Shown piece after piece: positions 58,119 to 64,000 of a DNA stretch of 64,000 bases; the first letter of the stretch is position 1, and the number at the start of each line of letters is the position of its first letter. Source of the DNA: an uncultured virus (IMG/VR IMGVR_UViG_3300017642_000092) (taxonomy: Duplodnaviria; Heunggongvirae; Uroviricota; Caudoviricetes). Where the stretch lies: IMG/VR virus record IMGVR_UViG_3300017642_000092. One strand, 5' to 3'. A model generated the notes under the pieces. It was not told the DNA's origin. It saw only the letters and a program-made list of their open reading frames with translations, and made no database searches. The position numbers and the translations under genes were made by a program.

Positions 58119-59250
58119 AATCGTTTTCCTCCATAAAATCATTTTTGGCTGTGTTCATCGCCGGACGCTTATCGCTCTCCAGCACGAGCGTGGGTTTGCC
58201 TTGCGGTTTTTCGATGTACGCCGCGAGGATTTCGTCAAAGCGGGATTTGCCGAGCAGTTTCTGCATTGCGGTGACGCCCAGTAGCTTGCGCTCATAGGGG
58301 TCGATACCTATGCTTTCAACAGCGGCGGCAACGAGAGCATCGTTTGTGTATTTGCGGTTGGAACGGCCCTCGACCAACTTATAGCCATGCCACTCCTTGC
58401 CGCTGACCGCCTGCTGTAGCGCGTAGTCCTTGATATCCGATGCCCATGCAACGATATCGTCTACGCGGGTGAGGATTTCTTCGACCTCCTCATCGGTGAG
58501 CAGGGGCGGCAGCTTGAAGTCGTAACGGGCAAGCTCCATGTTGGCGTCCGCTCTGGCACGGCAGTCGTGCTTTGCCTTGCAGAAGCCGCACCATTCGCCG
58601 CAGAGGAAGTTGCCGTCACCGGCGAAAGCAAGATCAGCTGTGGGCTTGAGCACCTCGTCCGCCCAGCGGTAAAGTTCAGCCTTCGAGAGCTCGTAGGTGC
58701 TGACGTTGTCGCGGCGTGGCTGGTAGATGGTCATGCGTACCGAGTCGATATCATAGATACCGTCGAACAGTTCCAGCGCACCGAGCGCGTAGCACTGCAT
58801 TTGCGGGTTTTCGGTCGCATCGACCAAAACGCCGAGACCGTGCTTATAGTCGATGACCTGCAGGGTGCCGTCCGCGATGATGATGCAGTCGGCGGTACCG
58901 AAGCCGGACTCTACCCAGTGTGAGAAGTCCACCCGCTGCTCGATGAGGACAACGGGGTCGGCGCAGTTCTGCTTCGCCGTCTCCACCTGTTCAAGCACAT
59001 AGGCTGAATAACCATTGGCGCAGTCGCTCATTTCCTCGTTGAACCATGTCAGGTTCTCGGTCGGGTCAGTGGCCTCCATGCCCAGCGCCCGGCGGAGCTT
59101 ATACTCACAGAGCGCATGGGCGTCGGTGCCCTCGGCAGCGTAGTCGCTGCCCTTGTCGTCGTAGCTCTCGCAGAGCCGAGCTGACGGCGGGCAGTGCAGC
59201 CAGCGGTCGGAGCTGGATGCAGAGAGAATTGCGTGTCCTTTAGGTGGCAT
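58111..59250 (-). CDS. DUF2800 family PD-(D/E)XK nuclease
   Basis: HAILSASS..RWL.CPPS, FGTAD, IDYK.G, NPQM..YALG and WCGFC motifs. Confidence 0.9.
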   Translation of the reverse strand: MPPKGHAILSASSSDRWLHCPPSARLCESYDDKGSDYAAEGTDAHALCEYKLRRALGMEATDPTENLTWFNEEMSDCANGYSAYVLEQVETAKQNCADPVVLIEQRVDFSHWVESGFGTADCIIIADGTLQVIDYKHGLGVLVDATENPQMQCYALGALELFDGIYDIDSVRMTIYQPRRDNVSTYELSKAELYRWADEVLKPTADLAFAGDGNFLCGEWCGFCKAKHDCRARADANMELARYDFKLPPLLTDEEVEEILTRVDDIVAWASDIKDYALQQAVSGKEWHGYKLVEGRSNRKYTNDALVAAAVESIGIDPYERKLLGVTAMQKLLGKSRFDEILAAYIEKPQGKPTLVLESDKRPAMNTAKNDFMEENDYE

Positions 59251-59548
59251 GGTTCAGTCCCTCCACATCCTCAAGCAACGCCTTGTAATTTACCGGGTCA
59301 ACACTGGACAACTTGTCGGCACCATACTTCTGGAGCAGAGAACGAATCTGAGCGGTGTAGCCCGCACGGGACTTGTCCGCAAGGACAGCTCTGACCGCTT
59401 CCGGTGTGAGAACGGGTTCAGCAGGTGCTTCAGGCGCAGGTTCATCGCCGCTGAATTGCTCTGCCAGCCAATCAGCCGCGTCGCTGATAGCAGCAGCAGA
59501 CTTGCGCAGTTCTTCGATGGTCGAGGCCATCTCGCTCATTTTGCTCAT
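59240..59548 (-). CDS. Conserved phage protein
   Basis: VRAVLADKSRAG...LLQKYGADKLS motif. Confidence 0.8.
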   Translation of the reverse strand: MSKMSEMASTIEELRKSAAAISDAADWLAEQFSGDEPAPEAPAEPVLTPEAVRAVLADKSRAGYTAQIRSLLQKYGADKLSSVDPVNYKALLEDVEGLNHAT

Positions 59549-59696
59549 TCGTTTTCGCTCCTTCCTTAGATTTGCTTTGTACGGCGAGAATAGTGAGGTT
59601 TCTCGCCAGCCGCTTGGACACGACGCTGATTTGTGTGAGCACATCAACAAGCTCGTCATCGGCGCTGTATCTGGGTTTTACCTGAGTCTGGTACAT
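59472..59696 (-). CDS. Hypothetical protein, first gene of the replication operon
   Basis: GGAGGTG RBS. Paralog of 2116..2292. Confidence 0.7.
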   Translation of the reverse strand: MYQTQVKPRYSADDELVDVLTQISVVSKRLARNLTILAVQSKSKEGAKTNEQNERDGLDHRRTAQVCCCYQRRG

Positions 59697-59741
59697 TCCG
59701 TTTCACCTCCTCGGAAGGAGCGGTTATCGTTTTGCTCTTTC

Positions 59742-59778
59742 CACTTCCCACTGGAGATGAGCAGCCCCGTTTGACGAA
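59742..59778 (-). promoter_or_regulatory. 37-bp repeated motif copy 3 (putative element-sigma promoter)
   Basis: Matches 28116-28152. Confidence 0.7.
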
Positions 59779-59789
59779 GAAAAATGAAA

Positions 59790-59830
59790 ATAAGCAAAAA
59801 ATCTCCAGTCGGTTGTTCGCCGACTGGAGA
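59790..59830 (-). terminator. Intrinsic terminator after sigma gene B
   Basis: TCTCCAGTCGG-7nt-CCGACTGGAGA followed by TTTTT on the minus strand. Confidence 0.75.
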
Positions 59831-59837
59831 CGGTACG

Positions 59838-60350
59838 TTAGAACATATCCGGGTACTCGCGCTGAATCGTCTGTGCCGCTTTTTTGAGGCGAGATAAGAA
59901 GGTGGTGCGGGAAATACCGATGATACCGGCAATTTCGGTGTCAGTCAGCCCCGCAAGGCGAAGCTCGCCGATGCGCTTGGCTTCCGGCATGATTTCTGCA
60001 AGTCTGTCGAACAGGTGCTCCAGCACGAGCTTGTCCGTTACGACCTCTTCAATGCTGGGAACGGTGTCCTCCAGCTTGTCCAGCATGGTGGTTTCATCGC
60101 CGTTCTCATTCTCAATGGTGTAATCCAGAGAATGCACATCACCGGCGGAGTGATACGGGCAGACGAGACAGTCGCCGTCGCAAGCCCATGTTTTGCTCTT
60201 GGGGCACTGGCACTGACCGTGGTTTTGAGCGCGGTCGCGGGTAGCCCAGATATCGCGGTAGTAGCCGTAATACTGTTCTTTCGTTACCTCAACCCACTGC
60301 TTGAGGCGAGGAATGTAGACCTTGTAGTTTTTGCTCTCGTTGACTTCCAT
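59838..60350 (-). CDS. Sigma-70 region-4 / ECF-like sigma factor of element B
   Basis: TDTEIAGIIGISRTTFLSRLKK HTH, CDGDCLVC and SLDY motifs. Confidence 0.82.
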   Translation of the reverse strand: MEVNESKNYKVYIPRLKQWVEVTKEQYYGYYRDIWATRDRAQNHGQCQCPKSKTWACDGDCLVCPYHSAGDVHSLDYTIENENGDETTMLDKLEDTVPSIEEVVTDKLVLEHLFDRLAEIMPEAKRIGELRLAGLTDTEIAGIIGISRTTFLSRLKKAAQTIQREYPDMF

Positions 60351-60572
60351 TTTGTTTCCTCCTGTGATGCGCCGCCGAGGGTGGGCGGTGGAGGAAACAA
60401 AATGAGGGTCTGCATCCGATGGACACAGACCCCGTTTCGCCAAAAATGAGTGCACGAAACTAAGGTGGCGGTGTACATCGGAGCCCCGGGAGCGGTCTTT
60501 ATCACCGTTCCGGGAAATCCTTATGCAACCTCCACCGTCTCATGGCCACTCGACGATGTGATTTTTTCAAGC
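60348..60572 (-). ncRNA. Putative structured cis-regulatory leader of sigma gene B
   Basis: A perfect 15-bp stem sequesters GGAGGAAACAAAATG. Nested stems upstream. Shares motifs with 2923..3130. Confidence 0.55.
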
Positions 60573-60580
60573 GCCTAATT

Positions 60581-60609
60581 TTGACAGGCACTTTTTGTGC
60601 TTTTATTGT
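60581..60609 (+). promoter_or_regulatory. Possible sigma-A promoter for the XRE-XRE-hsdM-hsdS operon
   Basis: TTGACA-17-TATTGT with a GCAC-N5-GTGC palindrome in the spacer. Confidence 0.5.
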
Positions 60610-60766
60610 AATTTACCAGTTTGGAATAAGCCAACGAGCGAATTGCATGGCAATATTCCCTAAATATATTTGCATTTGCGCTGGTAAAATAGAGAAATTC
60701 GTAGTAGAATGTAATTATGCGTCACGGAATAGTTTATTCGATGTGAGAATACAGGAGGAGAGCCCC

Positions 60767-61375
60767 ATGCCCCTTTCGTCTGATACTATTAGAGAACGCT
60801 TGCGGTTGACTTTTGGAACCGAATCGCAAGAAGTTATTGCAGGAAAATTGAATATGTCACAGGGCAATGTCAGCAAGCTGTTATCCGGCTCACAGATGCC
60901 GGCCTTAGATACGCTGTATTCCATTTCTGAAAAGTACGGAGTATCTGTAGATTGGTTGCTCGGCAGATCCGATCAGGAGAAGATTCCCAGCGCGGACAGT
61001 CTTTCGTCGTATTCTGTAGCTGCAGCTGTTATCACCGGCATTGTGCAGAGAGGTTCTAAAATGCAGGATGACGGTAAAAACAAATCAATTTCCATTGAAA
61101 TTGAAGATCCGATATTAAAAGCACTAATAAGAAAAAGCCTTGTCCTTTCCAAAACGGACAGCGAGCTGTACGCCGACTGGAAAAAAACAAAGCTTTCTCT
61201 CTTTGATGATAAAACATTAATTTGGAGCGCCACGTGGCATGAGCACGAGATATCTTTTCTTGCTTCTGAAGCTTCCATCGAAGCCGATTGGCTTGACGTA
61301 TGGGAAGCTGCCAAAAAATCAGAAGCAGACTACGATGCAATGATGGGCGACTGTGTAGGACCGTTTGGAAGGTGA
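60767..61375 (+). CDS. XRE-family HTH regulator 1
   Basis: SQEVIAGKLNMSQGNVSKLLSG...YGVSVDWLLG motif with AGGAGG RBS. Confidence 0.88.
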   Translation: MPLSSDTIRERLRLTFGTESQEVIAGKLNMSQGNVSKLLSGSQMPALDTLYSISEKYGVSVDWLLGRSDQEKIPSADSLSSYSVAAAVITGIVQRGSKMQDDGKNKSISIEIEDPILKALIRKSLVLSKTDSELYADWKKTKLSLFDDKTLIWSATWHEHEISFLASEASIEADWLDVWEAAKKSEADYDAMMGDCVGPFGR

Positions 61376-61382
61376 AAATACC

Positions 61383-62081
61383 ATGACCGAGTTAAAGAGG
61401 CAGGTCAGCAGACACTTAGCGGAAATATTCCATGGCGACACCCAAGAAATAACGGCCCGAAAGCTCAATACCACACAAGGCAATGTTAGCAAATGGGTCA
61501 GCGGTTCTCAGGTCCCGACAACAGATATGCTCTACGAAATAGCAAAGGCATATCAGGTGTCGGTTGACTGGATTTTGGGAATTAGCCCGCAAAAGGAAAT
61601 CGACGGTATTGTCCTTGAAAAGCTGACCTATGAACAGATTACACGAATTGTGGATGCACTAATTCAAAACAAGAACTTTTCCGTTCCTAATCTCGCAGAG
61701 CTTGCCCCTAACGAGGTTGAATATGAGGAAGATGAAAATGGAGATAGCGTGCCAACCACACCCGAACCGCAGTATGATTCTGACTACATAAAAGTGAATG
61801 ACCGTCTGTTGTCATACCTTCTCCGAAGAAGATATAAAATCCAACTCACCGGTGAAGATATGCTTGAAATGTGGAAAGAAAACAAGCTGCCCAACTTTAT
61901 GGGCCTGAAGCTTCTAAACTATAACGGAAGCGTGGAGGAAACCATTGATACCCGCAGTTGGTCGTCATTTGGCGACGCAGAATGGGTAGAATTGATAAAC
62001 GAACTGTCGACACTGACAGAAGCCGAATTACAGGAAATCATCAGAAAATCGAAGGAAAAGGATGGGACAAACGATGGCTGA
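61383..62081 (+). CDS. XRE-family HTH regulator 2 (paralog of regulator 1)
   Basis: TQEITARKLNTTQGNVSKWVSG...YQVSVDWILG motif. Confidence 0.88.
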   Translation: MTELKRQVSRHLAEIFHGDTQEITARKLNTTQGNVSKWVSGSQVPTTDMLYEIAKAYQVSVDWILGISPQKEIDGIVLEKLTYEQITRIVDALIQNKNFSVPNLAELAPNEVEYEEDENGDSVPTTPEPQYDSDYIKVNDRLLSYLLRRRYKIQLTGEDMLEMWKENKLPNFMGLKLLNYNGSVEETIDTRSWSSFGDAEWVELINELSTLTEAELQEIIRKSKEKDGTNDG

Positions 62082-63597
62082 AAATAATACCGCCGATATC
62101 GGATTTGAGAAAGAAATATGGGATGCCGCCTGCGTTCTCCGGGGCAATATGGATGCCTCTGAATACAAGAATGTGATACTCGGACTGATTTTTCTAAAAT
62201 ACATTTCCGATAGTTTTGAAGCAAGATATCAAGAATTGGTGAGCGAAGGAGACGGCTTCGAGGAAGACCGCGACGAATACACTTATTCCAATATCTTTTT
62301 TGTTCCATCCGGTGCCCGCTGGAAGGACATTGCAGCAAAAGCGCATGAGCCTGAGATTGGCAAGGTCATTGATGATGCAATGATCGCCATTGAAACAGAG
62401 AACAAGAAGCTAAAAGGAATCCTCCCCAAAAACTTCGCTCGCCCGGAGCTGGACAAGCGTAGACTTGGAGAGGTCGTGGATCTGTTTACCAATGTAAAGA
62501 TGACGGAAGGAACGGATGAAAAAGACCTTCTCGGCCGCACTTACGAATACTGTCTCCGCCAGTTTGCTGCACAGGAAGGCAAAAACGCAGGACAGTTCTA
62601 TACACCGTCCTGCATTGTTCGTACAATTGTTGAAATACTTCAGCCTTTTGATGGACGTGTATATGACCCCTGCTGCGGCGCTGGTGGAATGTTTGTCCAA
62701 TCGGCGGTGTTTATCAAGAATCATCAGGGTAATATTAATGACATTTCCGTATATGGCCAGGAATCGAACCCGACTACGTGGAAGATGGCAAAAATGAACC
62801 TTGCAATCCGTGGCATTGACTGCAACCTGGGCGAAATACCAGAGGACACCTTCCTCAATGATCAGCACCCCACTATGCGGGCAAACTATGTCATGGCAAA
62901 TCCGCCGTTCAACCTCACACCTTGGGGCGCAGATAAGCTGAAAGACGACCAGCGTTGGAAATTCGGCACGCCGCCTGCAGGCAATGCCAACTTTGCATGG
63001 ATTCAGCACATGATCTGGCATCTTGCCCCGGATGGAAAAATCGGTCTGGTGCTGGCAAATGGTGCGCTTTCCTCCCAAAGCGGTGGTGAAGGTGATATCC
63101 GTAAAAATATCATTGAGGCCGATTTGGTTGACTGTATCATTGCCTTGCCTACCCAGCTTTTCTATACGACCCAGATCCCTGTTTCCCTTTGGTTCATCTC
63201 CAAAGATAAAAAGTGCAAGGGAAAGACCCTGTTTATTGATGCGCGCAATATGGGAACAATGGTCACCCGTAGTTTGCGTGAGTTGACAGATGGTAGTGTT
63301 GACCCCGAAAAGAACGATATTGGCAAGTTGGCGGATACCTACAAGGCATACACAGAAGGCACCTTAGAAGATATAAAGGGTTTCTGTGCTGTAGTTGAAA
63401 CGGCTGAAATTGCTAAGCAGGACTATATCCTGACCCCAGGCCGCTATGTCGGCATTGAGGAACAAGAGGATGATGGCGAGCCCTTCGAGGAGAAGATGGC
63501 CCGCCTAACCTCTGAGTTGTCCGGGATGTTCACCAAGTCCCATGAATTGGAGGAAGAAATCCGTAGGAAGTTGGGAGCGATTGGGTATGAAATCTGA
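62074..63597 (+). CDS. hsdM: Type I R-M methyltransferase subunit
   Basis: GQFYTP, DPCCGAGGMF, NPPF and LTPGRYVG motifs. Confidence 0.95.
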   Translation: MAENNTADIGFEKEIWDAACVLRGNMDASEYKNVILGLIFLKYISDSFEARYQELVSEGDGFEEDRDEYTYSNIFFVPSGARWKDIAAKAHEPEIGKVIDDAMIAIETENKKLKGILPKNFARPELDKRRLGEVVDLFTNVKMTEGTDEKDLLGRTYEYCLRQFAAQEGKNAGQFYTPSCIVRTIVEILQPFDGRVYDPCCGAGGMFVQSAVFIKNHQGNINDISVYGQESNPTTWKMAKMNLAIRGIDCNLGEIPEDTFLNDQHPTMRANYVMANPPFNLTPWGADKLKDDQRWKFGTPPAGNANFAWIQHMIWHLAPDGKIGLVLANGALSSQSGGEGDIRKNIIEADLVDCIIALPTQLFYTTQIPVSLWFISKDKKCKGKTLFIDARNMGTMVTRSLRELTDGSVDPEKNDIGKLADTYKAYTEGTLEDIKGFCAVVETAEIAKQDYILTPGRYVGIEEQEDDGEPFEEKMARLTSELSGMFTKSHELEEEIRRKLGAIGYEI

Positions 63598-63681
63598 GCT
63601 GCCGACGATCAGCGAATACCGCTAAGGAAACTAATATGAAAAATTCTCATAGGAAATTTATAGGATAAGGAGGGCGACAGG

Positions 63682-64000
63682 ATGAGCGAATGGAAACAAT
63701 GCACCTTGGCAGACCTCGGCGAAATTGTCGGAGGTGCAACGCCGTCAACAAAAAATGATGACTACTACGGTGGCGATATTGCATGGATAACGCCCAAAGA
63801 CTTGTCAACCTTTCACGGGCGGTTCATCAGTCACGGGGAACGCAATATTACTGCCGAGGGCCTGAAAAATAGCTCTGCGCGACTCATGCCGCCTCATAGC
63901 GTCTTGTTCACATCCCGCGCTCCGATTGGTTATGTGGCAATTGCTGAGAATGAGGTCTGCACGAATCAAGGGTTCAAGAGCATTGTGCCAAATTCAGATA
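63682..64000 (+). CDS. hsdS: Type I R-M specificity subunit (partial)
   Basis: MSEWKQCTLADLGEIVGGATPST...ITPKDL...SRAPIGYVAI...TNQGFKSIVP with AAGGAGG RBS. Confidence 0.9.
   Translation, partial: MSEWKQCTLADLGEIVGGATPSTKNDDYYGGDIAWITPKDLSTFHGRFISHGERNITAEGLKNSSARLMPPHSVLFTSRAPIGYVAIAENEVCTNQGFKSIVPNSD

Larger units (their letters stand above)
24350..64000 (-). mobile_element. Prophage B: HK97-type siphovirus with a PolA replication module and dual serine recombinases (right end beyond the window)
   Basis: Complete colinear replication, packaging, head, tail, lysis and integration modules. Confidence 0.9.

Noticed and set aside
58111..59250. Cas4-like nuclease suggesting CRISPR-Cas
   Set aside because: It is a stand-alone phage DUF2800. 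No other cas genes or repeat-spacer array were seen in the window.

Overview
This is accessory DNA from a Firmicute (Clostridia-type RBSs and sigma-A promoters) containing two related prophage-like elements in the same orientation, with a defence island between them. (1) Element B (~24.35 kb to beyond 64 kb) is an apparently complete HK97-type siphovirus prophage on the minus strand. Its gene order is: sigma-like factor, DUF2800, DUF2815 SSB, PolA, VapE primase-helicase, VRR-NUC, SNF2, ArpU-like activator, HNH, TerS, ParB-MTase, morons, TerL, portal, Clp, capsid, tail (with a -1 frameshift chaperone), holin, amidase and two large serine recombinases. Divergent from it lie two XRE paralogs and a type I hsdM/hsdS. 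(2) Element A (1 to ~16.1 kb) is the early end of a paralogous element (sigma, frameshifted DUF2800, DUF2815). It carries an unusual type I R-M operon: a degenerate MTase-TRD protein, a hypothetical, an ADP-ribosylglycohydrolase-HsdM fusion (NPPF), a second HsdM (NPPY), HsdS, HsdR and an ImmA/IrrE-HTH fusion. (3) Between the two elements is a two-gene Druantia type III-like cassette bounded by att-like GTATCAA half-sites. Notable non-coding signals include a structurally conserved RNA leader with an anti-RBS hairpin upstream of both sigma genes, a 37-bp motif present three times that is probably the element's private sigma promoter, and operator, att and ori repeats. Family assignments come from motif recognition by eye, not database searches.
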